A stretch of 63,626 bases of DNA, filler included, from Octopus bimaculoides (taxonomy: Eukaryota): assembly GCF_001194135.2 (NCBI RefSeq). It is 9 parts of 7 records of this genome, joined end to end, with 100 filler letters (N's around TTAATTAATTAA, not from the genome) between each part and the next. Parts side by side here need not be neighbours in the genome. Positions count along the whole stretch, not along the records: positions 11,175 to 15,036 come from NC_068987.1; positions 15,137 to 20,029 come from NC_069003.1; positions 20,130 to 23,347 come from NC_068982.1; positions 23,448 to 26,799 come from NC_068981.1; 5 more parts are not named here. One strand, 5' to 3'. Shown here one piece after another: positions 11,783-24,449 of the stretch; positions within the stretch are counted from its first letter, which is position 1, and each line of letters opens with the position of its first letter. The notes beneath the pieces were generated by a model, which was not told the DNA's origin, made no database searches, and saw only the letters and a list, made by a program, of their open reading frames with translations. The position numbers were made by a program, and so were the translations under genes.

Positions 11783-14644
11783 TGAACTGTTGTAGACGGT
11801 CATCCGATTGAAACAAAGAAACTACCACTTTCAATAGATTTTGAATGTGTTCATTAATCATGTTAGATAGAGGAGGTATTTGTACTTAGATTGTAGAAAA
11901 ACTGGAAGAGATACCTGTAGGCATTATGTTAAACGTTGTCTTAATGCAACCAATCCACCGTTCTAAGCCAATACATTTTGATTGAGTATCTAAGAAGGAA
12001 GTGCATAGTTGACCTCGTTATTGTAGGTTATGGCAACTTAAAATGCAGAGAACGTGAACAAGCATTGTGATGTACGATACCGAATACTTTTCATCCTCCC
12101 ACGGTTTTCCTTCAGTAGCATGGATTTGACCAATAATTGTTCAATGAAACTTCGTAGACGGAAGATGTGTGAATATCCTTCATGGTTTTGCTGCTAAACT
12201 ATCTTTTCAGTCACTTGAACTTTGTCTTATGTGCAGTCATGTCTATTACAAAAAAATCGTTGAAGTCTAACGTTTCTGTATTTCTTCCTTTCCTTCCAAT
12301 AATCACGAGTTTTCGGAAAAGTTCTTCTTCCTCTAAGACATTAAAAACAATTCTGTTACATGACCGTTTTTCGCCTTTAAGCAATCAATAAATAAATATA
12401 TTACATAATCTTTAATCTGTTTAAAATAGTTGTACTAAGTTGAATATTTTCTAGAATTTTCCTCAATGGCATTCATATGCATATGCACAGAAACTGAAAC
12501 ATGTTCTGACAACATTTAAACAAAAGTAGTTATTTTCTTCAACTAGAGATCTGCATACATTCTACTAACATTTTCATTTCACTCTATGATAATATTTTTC
12601 AGCTTATCAACTTTACTTTTCAGCGCTACTTTCATCTTTTTCTGTTTCTATGATATCTTCCGTTCTCTAAGTCAAATTCGTCCTGTCAATCTTTCACTCT
12701 TTCTTTCTTTCTCTCTTTCTTTCCATCTATCTTTCTCTCTTTTTTAATTCTATCTTATTTCTTCACTAAACATTACTTGTCTTCATTCTTACCTTTGCCT
12801 TATTATATTCAGTTTTTTTTTTCCTGGAGTCATCTCTAAATATATTTCCTTCCCTTTTACTCTTCTAATGTATTTCACTTTCAGTTTATCTTCTAGGCTT
12901 TATATCCTTTATCTCTCCTCTAAACTGAAATCTCTGTCGGCGTCATGTGTGTTCCCAGGTCTATCTCTTACCGTTCCTCTCTCTCTCTCTCTTTCACCTC
13001 TTCTGCAATCTCTTTAACTTGCTACCTATCGTCGGCTAATATTACTCATTTCTCCCCTATCTCTCTCTCAATCTTACGCTCGTTCTCGTTCAAAATCTTG
13101 TTTTAACATCCATCATCTCTCTATTGATATCACGCACGTTTTGCTAGTAACGGCACATGACAAAATTATTTCACGACGTACGATCAATCAACAGATATGT
13201 CGAGGTGAAATGTAGTTTTAAACTCCTCTTCTTTTCCTCCTTTATGTGTCATTAAAGACTGGCATTCTTGAGACATTAAATATTGAACATCTACAAACAT
13301 ATACAGACTACCTCCTATCGTGTCTCTTTATCCATCAGTGCAATGAAGAAAATATCCTTATTGGAGGATCGATGAATCGAATGTTACTCAGGCTAGGTTT
13401 AATAGCTAAACAGACATTAACCCAATAATTTCCGATGTCTGATTCCACATAAAAACAACTTTGGATGTAAATTTGAACAAAGGCGTGTAATCTCGTTGTG
13501 TATGACAATATGGAACTACTTCTGACTACAATGAAAGCCAGTATTAAAGATCAATAAAATAATAGCAAACTACATGCTGCATTGTATGGTTTGTATTAGT
13601 AGTAATTATATATAATCCATTTTAATGCTGATTAGGTCAAACACAACGAGAACGTGAAGATTTCTGCATTATTACGAGACAATAAATCGAAAAGTACCTG
13701 TAATAGATGATTATTATAGAGAAAAACCTATATCAAGATAATCTAATGACGTTACTGACTTATTTAACACAGTAGTGAGTCTAATCTTACAGTATTCACT
13801 GTTTGAGAGAGGAAGAGTTAAATCTTGTAGAGGTTTGATAGTTTAAATTCAATTATGAATTAAAAGCAACGCTATTGTAGAATTTAAACAGAAGCCATTT
13901 GTTCATTTATTAGACGAGCTAAGTAGTGTCTTTTGGTTAAGTAAATTAATGTTTCCAATCTGTTGTATTGTACGAATGTTCGTCTATGAATTGGCTTTAA
14001 AATAATTATTTTATCCCTGAAATGATATGCTAAAAACATTGTCTCGGTCGTTTCAAACGGTAAACGATAATGCGTGGTACTTCATATAACATTGAACAAA
14101 GACCCTTAACTCATGTGTTCCTTTTGTCTATTATTTCGAGTTAATATTTCATTCTATAACCTGAGATGATACAATATGTTCTTGTAATATATCGTTAGTT
14201 TTATAACTTGAACAATATATATAACACTATAGAATATTGCATCGACTAGAAAACGGCTGGCATAATATACCGTTGTAGAGGGACAAAATATTTAACACAT
14301 TCACGATATTACGTCTAGATATAATTATTTCTATGTGTCAATAATCTTAAGCCCTACATGCGCTTTAGCTTTGCATGACATACTTCCTCTGAGATTGTAC
14401 AGTTTTGATTTATTTCGCCAAAAAGGAAATTACTAGATGATTATCATGCTGTGTGTGTTACGTTAAATGCTTCATAACTCGCTGTGCATTTCACCGTTAA
14501 CATTCAATCCCCAAGAATTTGCTGTTTGTCAGAAATATATATATACATATGAGTGTGTGTGTGTGTGTGTGTGTATGTGTTTGTATGTGTTTGTGTGTGC
14601 GTGTGTGTGCGTGTGTGTGTGTGTGTGTGTGTACTTATATATAG

Positions 14645-14988
14645 TGGAGGCGCAACGGCCCATTGGTTAACGCAGCGAATTCGCGGTGGTAGAATCGCGG
14701 TTTCGATTCCCAGACCCGGCGTTGTGCGTGTTTATTGAGCGAAAAGACCTACTGAAAAGAGTCTTTCACCACCACTTTCCCTCACTCTTTCTTTCTGTTT
14801 CCGTTATACCTGTATTTCAAAAGGCCAGTTTTGGCTTAGTCTGTGTCACACTGAATCTAGCCGAGAACTACGTTAAGGTACACGTGTGTGTGGAATGCTC
14901 AGCCACTTGCACGTTAATTTCACGAGCAGGCTGTTCCGTTGATCGGATCAGCAGGAACCCTCATCTTCGTAACCGACGGAGTGCCACG
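14645..14988 (+). mobile_element. SINE family C (tRNA head + Nin/Deu-like core)
   Basis: GGAGGCGCAACGGCCCATTGG head, GGTTTCGATTCC B-box, core GAGAACTACGTTAAGG.TACACGTG..GTGGA.TGCTCAGCCACTTGCACGTTAATTTCACGAGC; the domain name is from memory. Confidence 0.85.
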
Positions 14989-15005
14989 ATATATTTATAT
15001 ATACA

Positions 15006-15036
<31 letters not shown>

Positions 15037-15136
15037 NNNNNNNNNNNNNNNNNNNNNNNNNNNNNNNNNNNNNNNNNNNNTTAATTAATTAANNNNNNNN
15101 NNNNNNNNNNNNNNNNNNNNNNNNNNNNNNNNNNNN

Positions 15137-15196
<60 letters not shown>

Positions 15197-16074
15197 AAAA
15201 GTCATTTTCTACTTTATTTGAACCCAGATCGTAGAGAAATAGCTGCAACTAAATACACCAAGATATTTAACTCCTATTTATCTCTCTCTCCCCCTCTCCC
15301 TCCCGCTCTCTTTCCTTCCGTCCCCCTCTCCCACCCTTTGTCTTTAATTTTCCTTCCATCTGACCGCCATTTTTCTTCTTTCAACATCACTGGGCTTTTC
15401 TTTTTTCTCTCCTCTTTACTCTTTTTCTCTTGACTTTTTTTTCTCAAATTTGATACTTCAGGTAAATAACACTCGACGTAGATTTGAAAATTACAGACGT
15501 CTTCTACGAGTAAACACACGTCAAACTAAAAGTAATAAACAAATAAACAAATAACCAGCATAAATACAAAAACAAACAAGCACACACACGCACATACAAA
15601 AACAAACAAGCACAAACACACACACACACACAAAAACAAACAAGGAGACACACACACAAAAACAAACAACGAAACGAAATAGAATTACGTTAGACAATCA
15701 TTTTAATGATATGCTCATCTAAGCCATAGCCGCTTTCTGGATGGTTGGCTTGGTTTGAGCAAACGACCGACCGACCGAGTGGGAGCATGCGAGCGAGATT
15801 AACACCGCTGAGATAATATTTCTCTTCTTATCCTGCACATACTGTTTCTTAAAACATTACTCCTTCAAAAGTAAATTCTATCTGATATTGATACCCTAGA
15901 GATCGGTCAATAAAATGCCTTTTCCGCCCTTTGCACGAAACATCGAAGTGAGTAATTTCCGTCCAAATTTTTCACATTGGTGACATATATTTAAGGCCTA
16001 CATCATCTTCGTAACTCATGAATTAAACTATCAAATAAAATTTTGTGAATGAAATTTCTGGTTAAATAATTAAC

Positions 16075-16258
16075 AGGCTTGGCGCAGGCGTCGTCGTGTG
16101 ATTAAGAAACTCGCATCATAAGTACGTAGTTTCGGACTTCTGTCCCACTGTGCGGCACATTGGCACCTTGGACAAGTGTCTTCTAATACAGCCCCAGGCC
16201 AGCCAATACCTTGTAAGTGAAATTTGTCGACGGAAATTGCGTGCAAGACTGTTGCATG

Positions 16259-16260
<2 letters not shown>
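16075..16260 (+). mobile_element. Diverged SINE B head/core
   Basis: GGCACCTTGGACAAGTGTCTTCTAATACAGCC motif. Confidence 0.7.
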
Positions 16261-16307
<47 letters not shown>

Positions 16308-17260
16308 NNNNNNNNNNNNNNNNNNNNNNNNNNNNNNNNNNNNNNNNNNNNNNNNNNNNNNNNNNNNNNNNNNNNNNNNNNNNNNNNNNNNNNNNNNNNN
16401 NNNNNNNNNNNNNNNNNNNNNNNNNNNNNNNNNNNNNNNNNNNNNNNNNNNNNNNNNNNNNNNNNNNNNNNNNNNNNNNNNNNNNNNNNNNNNNNNNNNN
16501 NNNNNNNNNNNNNNNNNNNNNNNNNNNNNNNNNNNNNNNNNNNNNNNNNNNNNNNNNNNNNNNNNNNNNNNNNNNNNNNNNNNNNNNNNNNNNNNNNNNN
16601 NNNNNNNNNNNNNNNNNNNNNNNNNNNNNNNNNNNNNNNNNNNNNNNNNNNNNNNNNNNNNNNNNNNNNNNNNNNNNNNNNNNNNNNNNNNNNNNNNNNN
16701 NNNNNNNNNNNNNNNNNNNNNNNNNNNNNNNNNNNNNNNNNNNNNNNNNNNNNNNNNNNNNNNNNNNNNNNNNNNNNNNNNNNNNNNNNNNNNNNNNNNN
16801 NNNNNNNNNNNNNNNNNNNNNNNNNNNNNNNNNNNNNNNNNNNNNNNNNNNNNNNNNNNNNNNNNNNNNNNNNNNNNNNNNNNNNNNNNNNNNNNNNNNN
16901 NNNNNNNNNNNNNNNNNNNNNNNNNNNNNNNNNNNNNNNNNNNNNNNNNNNNNNNNNNNNNNNNNNNNNAGCAAAGCACTTCATTTCACATTGCTCGCGA
17001 TCATTTCGTCATCTAAGTTGTGGCACTCGTTGCACCTGTACAGGTCAAGCCGAGCTGATGGTGGGAGTAGGCTTATGTGAACACAAACATTTGATCACTC
17101 TAAACAAATCATTTGTGTGGTTGTTCGATAAGAAACTGTAGAACCCTCATACATCGTCGAACGTCGGGAGAGTCCATCGTATGTGTGTATATATATATAT
17201 ATATACACAGACACACACTCACACACAATGTGTGTGTGTGTGTGTGTATGTGCGTGCGTG

Positions 17261-17700
17261 TAAGGGCGGCGAGCTGGTAGAGTCGTTAGCACGCCGGGCG
17301 AAATGCTTAACGGCATTTCGTCCGTCTTTACGTTCTGCGTTCAAATTCCGCCGAGGTCGATTTCGCTTTTCATCCTTTCGGGGTCGATATAAGGACCCCC
17401 AGTTGAGCACTGGGGGTCGATGTAATCGTCTTGCCCCTGACTCCCGAAACTGTTTTTCGTGTTTCTTCCTCTCCACCGCTTGACAACCGGTGTTGGTTTG
17501 TTTATGTACCCGTAACCTAGCGGCTTGTCAAAAAGAGACCGATAGAAGAAATATCAGACTGTTTTTTATTACTGTTTTTTTTATACCTTTTTAACAAAAA
17601 AAAAAAAACTACTGACCTTGATTTATTTAACTAAACTCTTCAAGCCGCTGCTCCAGTATAGCCTCAGCCCGGAGCCTGAAACAGATTAAGGATAAAAGAC
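17261..17700 (+). mobile_element. SINE A copy followed by SINE B tail
   Basis: SINE A 17261-17450; tail motif GCTTGACAACCGGTGTTGG..GAGACCGATAGAA from ~17470. Confidence 0.8.
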
Positions 17701-18060
17701 AAAAGATATCACATGTCACCAGTCACGTGTCTAATTGTAAATAGCGTTGCCGGATCTCGAATATACCTATCGCAATTACCCTACCCCCACCAAAAGCAGC
17801 ACTATCCCCCCTCTAACACTGTTCATGTCAACGTTCTCCATTACGAAAAGTGCATCTATTTTANNNNNNNNNNNNNNNNNNNNNNNNNNNNNNNNNNNNN
17901 NNNNNNNNNNNNNNNNNNNNNNNNNNNNNNNNNNNNNNNNNNNNNNNNNNNNNNNNNNNNNNNNNNNNNNNNNNNNNNNNNNNNNNNNNNNNNNNNNNNN
18001 NNNNNNNNNNNNNNNNNNNNNNNNNNNNNNNNNNNNNGAAAATAAATATTAATAATAATA

Positions 18061-18478
18061 ATATTGGTTTCAAATTTTGACACAAGGCCAGCAATTGTGG
18101 GTGGGGCTGGAAGATGATTACATCGTCTTCCACTGTTCAAGCTAAGTCGACCCCGTTGGCATGTAAACCCAGAACGTTTAGACGGGCGAAATACCGCTAA
18201 GCATTTCGTCCGGCATGCTAACGATTCTGCCAGCTCGCCGCCTTAATAATAATAATAATAATAATCCTTTCTACTATAGGCACAAGGCTTGAAATTGGGG
18301 GAGGGATATAGTCGATTATATCGACCCCAGTGCTTCACTGGTACTGAATTTATCGACCCCGAGAGGATGAAAGGCAAAGTCGACCTCGGCACACTTTGAA
18401 CTTAGAACGTAGCGGCAGACGAAATACTGCTAAGCATTTCGACCGGCGTGCTAACGTTTCTGCCAGCTCGTCGCCTTA
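18061..18478 (-). mobile_element. Two tandem SINE A copies joined by an (ATT)n tail
   Basis: Heads at ~18246 and ~18478 (rc TAAGGCG.CGAGCTGGCAG); tails GCCTTGTG..AAATTTGAAACCAATA and GCCTTGTGCCTATAGTAGAAAGG(ATT)n. Confidence 0.9.
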
Positions 18479-18589
18479 GAACAGAATACTGTATTGAGTT
18501 CAATTTTCTGTCTGACTTTACACCTTTCCGACAAAAATTGCACTTCTATCAAAATAATGAGTTTTGGATATTTAATGGAGACTTCTTTT

Positions 18590-19225
18590 AGATGCACATT
18601 TAAACAAAAAACTTTCGACAAAATTAAGCCAAATGCAAAAAAGACATAAATTTTTGACAAATTTAATAGACGAGATGTCATACTACACATTCCTGACAAA
18701 TTTAATGATCTATACGACACATTTTTAAACAAATTTTATGAAAAAGATTAAATATTACTAACAATTGAAATATAACAAATTACTTTTGTGCAATTTAACG
18801 AAATAGATGCGAAATTTCTGACAAATTTAATGAAACAGAGAATAACTTTAATAAGCTAAACAACAAATTAGATATTTAATGGAGGGTTCTTTAAATGTAA
18901 CACTAAAAGCCCAACTTTAGACTTAAGGCAAATGCTTAAAACACAGCAAAACCTTTGACAAGTTTACTAGACCACACGACACATTTCTCACAAATGTAAT
19001 GAACCGAGCCACACATTTTTGATAAATTTAATAAGCCAGACGATAGATTTCTGACAAATTTAATGAAATAGATGAAAAAATTACGGACAAATTTAATGAA
19101 AAAAAAGAAAACTAAAATTTTCTGACAATTTTAAGAAAGCAAAACACAAAAATTCTGGGCAATTTAATGAAATACATAAAAAAAAAAGCTTCTGATAAAT
19201 TTAATAAACAAGAACAAAAAATATT
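18590..19225 (+). repeat. Degenerate ~32-bp minisatellite (core TTTCTGACAAATTTAATGAAA)
   Basis: Core at ~18617, 18656, 18695, 18820, 18957, 18989, 19021, 19053, 19086, 19124, 19158, 19194; spacing 32-38 bp in the right half. Confidence 0.8.
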
Positions 19226-19973
19226 CTTAATTAAAAACCACGAAATAAATAACTGGCATAATCAAACAAACCACAAATTTATGGCTACTTAAATTCAGAC
19301 GACGTAATTCTTACTAGTTTAAACCAAATCACAGATTTAAATCATACAACAAACCAAAGCCTGTCACCAAAGTATTGATCAATGTTTACCAGACGACACA
19401 ATGTTGTCTCATTGAGCCTTCGTTTTCAATGATTTCATTTTAAGACAAGAGTGTAGACTTAAAACTTATGAATGGAGATTTTTATTTGACGGGAGAGCAA
19501 CAGGAATGAATTGGATTAAAATGCTGGATATTTTAACAGGGGTTTTAAAGTATATCAGTTAAGATCAGTGTCAATGTCGTGTAGATAAGCAATGGTATGC
19601 CTACAAGTGAGCTAGATTACTGAGCGTCATGTGAGTTCGATCTCCATCCAAGTTAATTCTCTTTATTTACACTTCGTATATTTAATACTCAAGGGACGCC
19701 AGAAACCTAGAAAGAGATATGCCTAAATAATAATAGAAAATTCTTCAAGAGAATAAGGTACTTGTGCGTGAATGTATATATATTGTTTTTATTTATTTAT
19801 TTTTTGTAAGAATTTTTTGAAGAATTTTTAATAGAACTAATCGATCCCAGCGATTATTATTATTTAAAGTCTGGCAGTTGTTCTATTGGTCTGATTTTGC
19901 CGAACCGTTAAGTTACGGGGGATGTAAACACACCAAAATCGGTTCTCAAGCGGTGGCGTGGGACAAGCACAAA

Positions 19974-20029
<56 letters not shown>

Positions 20030-20130
20030 NNNNNNNNNNNNNNNNNNNNNNNNNNNNNNNNNNNNNNNNNNNNTTAATTAATTAANNNNNNNNNNNNNNN
20101 NNNNNNNNNNNNNNNNNNNNNNNNNNNNNT

Positions 20131-20456
20131 TGCAAACCATCTTCTGCAAGTTCTTTCATTCAAGCATTCTTCCCCATAAACTGAGTGTATGTTTCGAGTC
20201 GCTTCGGCTGCAGAGTTTCCTTTTTGGTACTCATAGAGCATTATGTGCTTCAAATGCTCTTTGGATACTTCCATGTTAGAAAGGGTTTTAACAAAGAAAT
20301 TTTATTCTATTATTCTGTAAAATGATATTTAATTAGCTTAAATGTAGACAAATGCATACCAGTAATTTCTAATTCCATTAGACATTCTAAAATACTATTA
20401 AATTTCATTCAATTTTAAAAAAGGTAAAATCGGACAGAACTTATGGGCTGACCTGA
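20131..20456 (-). mobile_element. Mariner (DD34D-type) 5' end: TIR, TA target and transposase N-terminal HTH, cut by gap
   Basis: ORF MEVSKEHLKHIMLYEYQKGNSAAEATRNIHSVYGEECLNERTCRRWFA (classic mariner HTH); TIR TCAGGTCAGCCCATAAGTTCTGTCCG preceded by TA at 20457-58. Confidence 0.92.
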
Positions 20457-21183
20457 TACAAGTGTGTGTAATAATGTGCTACAGGTTGTTTCTTTTGTTT
20501 AAAGTACATCCCCATACCATTGTGTCTCTTTATTATGGTATACATGTGTATGCTATCCTTCTATTCATGTGTGTGTGTGTGTGTGTGTGTGTGCGCGTGT
20601 GAGTGAGTGTGTGCGTGTGTGTAACTAGGTGCATGTGTGCAAGTATACTGGATGCTTGTGTTTTGAGTATTCGACTTACACTCAGGTACATACACACACA
20701 CATACATACGTATGTGACTGTCTATTAAAAAACCTATCGATTAGTGCTAAAAGTACATGTAACTAGTTGGCAGCGCCCTCTGTACTTTTGTCATAGTAAC
20801 AAGAAATTGCAGTTGTTTTGTAATAATTTTGTCCGTAAATGCATACATATACTCACTCACACACACGCCCGCGCCCGTGCAAACTTAACACACAATATTC
20901 ACCTACTAGCTACACACATAAGTGAACGAATATGCAAGCATGTATACGTGTGTGTGTCTACAATAACGGATATAGATGCATGCATGTATGTGTGTGTATG
21001 TGCGTGTGTGTGTACACACACATGTTTTCGAAGAGTCGTCAATATTACCAAGTGTAAGAATCTGCACGAAACCAACGGTATGGTACTGCGTGACGATATA
21101 TAGATAATATATAAATATAGCGCTGTGTTGCTCATATTGAATGTGCTTTCCTTCTGACTTACAGATATATATACATGTATGAG

Positions 21184-21235
<52 letters not shown>

Positions 21236-22314
21236 NNNNNNNNNNNNNNNNNNNNNNNNNNNNNNNNNNNNNNNNNNNNNNNNNNNNNNNNNNNNNNNNN
21301 NNNNNNNNNNNNNNNNNNNNNNNNNNNNNNNNNNNNNNNNNNNNNNNNNNNNNNNNNNNNNNNNNNNNNNNNNNNNNNNNNNNNNNNNNNNNNNNNNNNN
21401 NNNNNNNNNNNNNNNNNNNNNNNNNNNNNNNNNNNNNNNNNNNNNNNNNNNNNNNNNNNNNNNNNNNNNNNNNNNNNNNNNNNNNNNNNNNNNNNNNNNN
21501 NNNNNNNNNNNNNNNNNNNNNNNNNNNNNNNNNNNNNNNNNNNNNNNNNNNNNNNNNNNNNNNNNNNNNNNNNNNNNNNNNNNNNNNNNNNNNNNNNNNN
21601 NNNNNNNNNNNNNNNNNNNNNNNNNNNNNNNNNNNNNNNNNNNNNNNNNNNNNNNNNNNNNNNNNNNNNNNNNNNNNNNNNNNNNNNNNNNNNNNNNNNN
21701 NNNNNNNNNNNNNNNNNNNNNNNNNNNNNNNNNNNNNNNNNNATATATATGTATATATACACGCACACCTCTACAAACATAGGTATAAATTTTGTTTTAC
21801 TTTTACTTTCTTTTATTCTTTATATTATTTTGCCCATATATAATATAATCCATCATTCATGATTGTTACTATTATTATTGGTGAATTGAAATAGAAGGAA
21901 TAATTTTAACGCATGCGTACACACAAGCGCGCGCGCGTACACATGCATGCATAGTAAACATGATTATATATTCTGTATATTCAGGAAGTATCCTAATGTT
22001 GTCCTCTGAACACCCTGATGATTTCCCTTATAAGGCATTTAAAATGCAAAATTATATTTTTATATATGTTTTGTAATTTTAATCTTATTTGTGAAATGAA
22101 ACAATTGTTGGTGAATATGTTGATTAATTCATAAATTAATTTGTATCCATTAGATCTCTGTTTTCTAACTCGATTAAAATGTTTGATATCTTACGAAGTT
22201 CTATATAATATATTCATTGAAGAATTATCTTTTCAAAATTTAATATATTTAACCAGTATATCTTAGATAAATATCCCTATGAGAGGCTGGAATATCCTCA
22301 TTGTGACTATATAA

Positions 22315-22388
<74 letters not shown>

Positions 22389-22411
22389 ATACACACACAC
22401 ACAAGCACACA

Positions 22412-23269
22412 CAGGGTGGGTGGAAAGTAACTAGCCATTAGAAATTGTTTATAGGAATTTTTTGTAACACTGAAGTCATGACGAAAACATTTTTTAAACA
22501 GACAACACTGATGGGAATTTCTTATTTTCTTATTGTCTTATTTCTTGTTTCTTATTTTCCACTGGCAGATCGCTTGACTGTTCAGGAGCGAGTTAAGATA
22601 GCAGTACGGTATGAGGTGTGGAATTCCATTGTTTTGGTTCAGAGATGGTGGCGTGCATGGAAAGGTAAGCATGCAACACTACGTCCGGAGACAATAAAAA
22701 GTTGTTATGCAAAGCTGATGACCACGGGGTCTGTGAACGATGCAAGAAGTGGCCATCCAACCACATTCTGGTCAGCGGAGAACGTGGCAACAGTGTAGCA
22801 AATGCTTAATCGCAGCCCGCAAAAATTAACAAATCAAGCGGCTAATGAAAGTGGACTAACAAGACATAATACGTACGGTGTTGCATAAAGAACTGAATTT
22901 TCGTCCGTGGAAACTCCATTACGTGCAACAGTTAAAACCTGAAGGCTGTGACCGCAGAAGACCAGATCTCACTCCATATGATTTTTACCTGTGGGGTTAC
23001 GCAAAAGTGGTGTACAAGACAAAACTTTGCACACTGGAGAACTTGGAGACACGGATTCAGGTTCTCAATGATATCCCAAATGACATCCTTCAGAAGGTTC
23101 TTCATTCCATCCCTGGCCGTTTGAGGAAACTGCTTAGATTGAAATATGAAGATTTACTTTCGTTTTCCCATGTAATAAAGAACATTTATCATTTGTTTCA
23201 ATAAATTTGTAAAATGAATATGAATTTTATTACCAATTTTTAATGCCTACTTACTTTTCACCCACCCTG
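22412..23269 (+). mobile_element. Internally deleted Tc1/mariner element (rosa/DD41D-like) with both TIRs
   Basis: 29-bp TIRs CAGGGTGGGTG(G/A)AAAGTAA(C/G)TAG(C/G)CATTA, TA after the right TIR; peptides LTVQERVKIAVRYEVWNSIVLVQRWW and RPDLTPYDFYLWGYAK; catalytic core missing. Confidence 0.9.
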
Positions 23270-23281
23270 TATATATAATAT

Positions 23282-23315
<34 letters not shown>

Positions 23316-23447
23316 GTACTCGCACACACGCACACACTGACGCACACNNNNNNNNNNNNNNNNNNNNNNNNNNNNNNNNNNNNNNNNNNNNTTAATTAAT
23401 TAANNNNNNNNNNNNNNNNNNNNNNNNNNNNNNNNNNNNNNNNNNNN

Positions 23448-23659
23448 CTTACAGCCATTTCTATTAATACTCAATAAACATTAAATTTACATTTATGCAA
23501 CATGAGCATAATATCATCAGAGGGGAAAAGGTGTACCTTTGGATGCTGTATGTGTGTTTGTGAGCATCCAAAGGTACATCTTTTTTCCTCCGATGATATG
23601 CTCATGTCGCATAAATGTAAATATAATGTTTATTGAGTATTAATAGAAATGGCTGTAAG
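23448..23659. mobile_element. Near-perfect palindromic MITE-like element (~100-bp arms, 15-nt loop)
   Basis: CTTACAGCCATTTCTATTAATACTCAATAAACATT...CCTTTGGATGCT versus AGCATCCAAAGG...AATAGAAATGGCTGTAAG; left arm abuts a gap. Confidence 0.9.
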
Positions 23660-23855
23660 TGAAGATGACCAATTTGCTGTTAATAATAAAGAATTATTAA
23701 CATCCCAATCACCATTTTCTTCTTTCAAATGAATATAAACTATATATTCTTATATATACCTATTATTTTAAGGAAATTCATTCCCCCAAAATATTAGTTA
23801 TTGAACCAGTATTTCCTTGGATGAAACCATCCCATCATGAAGTTAGCACAACCTC

Positions 23856-23911
<56 letters not shown>

Positions 23912-24231
23912 TGCATGACCATGTTCTAGATTTATCTCTCTTAATGAGTGATTTAAAAAAATTATTTTTGTATAAGTTCCATGCTGTTTATTTGAAACAG
24001 CATAATTCTAAATCTGTAATCGTTTCTAGGCTTTCACAGTTTCATCTTCAGGAGAAAGTAATATTGGCTTGTATTGTTGTCATTATAACAGACAGTGTGA
24101 TTATTGTAGATATTACTACCATAATTTTAATTGTTATAGGCTATTTTTGTGCTGAATTCTTTAAGAGTATAAGTATGTTGTTCACTAATGTTTTCCTATC
24201 TAGTTTTGTTTTGTGTTGTATGATGTTGTAT

Positions 24232-24449
24232 ATTGGTTTCAAATTTTAGCACAAGGCTGGCAAGTTCAAGGGAAGGAGTAAGTTGATTACATCAACTCTT
24301 ACACTCAACTGGTACCTTTTTTATGGACCCCAAAAGGATGAAAGGCAAAGTTGACCCTAGCAGCATTTAAACTCAGAATGTAAAGTCAGAAGAAATGCTG
24401 CTAAACATTTTTCCTGGCATGGTAACAATTCTGCCAGCTCACTGCCTTA
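24232..24449 (-). mobile_element. SINE A copy with strong CpG decay
   Basis: Full head-to-tail match; CG positions seen in other copies read TG/CA here. Confidence 0.85.

Noticed and set aside
13258-13396. + strand exon candidate TGILETLNIEHLQ...RMLLRL
   Set aside because: Weak donor (GTTTAA), no recognisable protein
18590-19225. CRISPR-like reading of the periodic array
   Set aside because: Eukaryotic context, degenerate non-palindromic core, spacers related to each other, no cas genes
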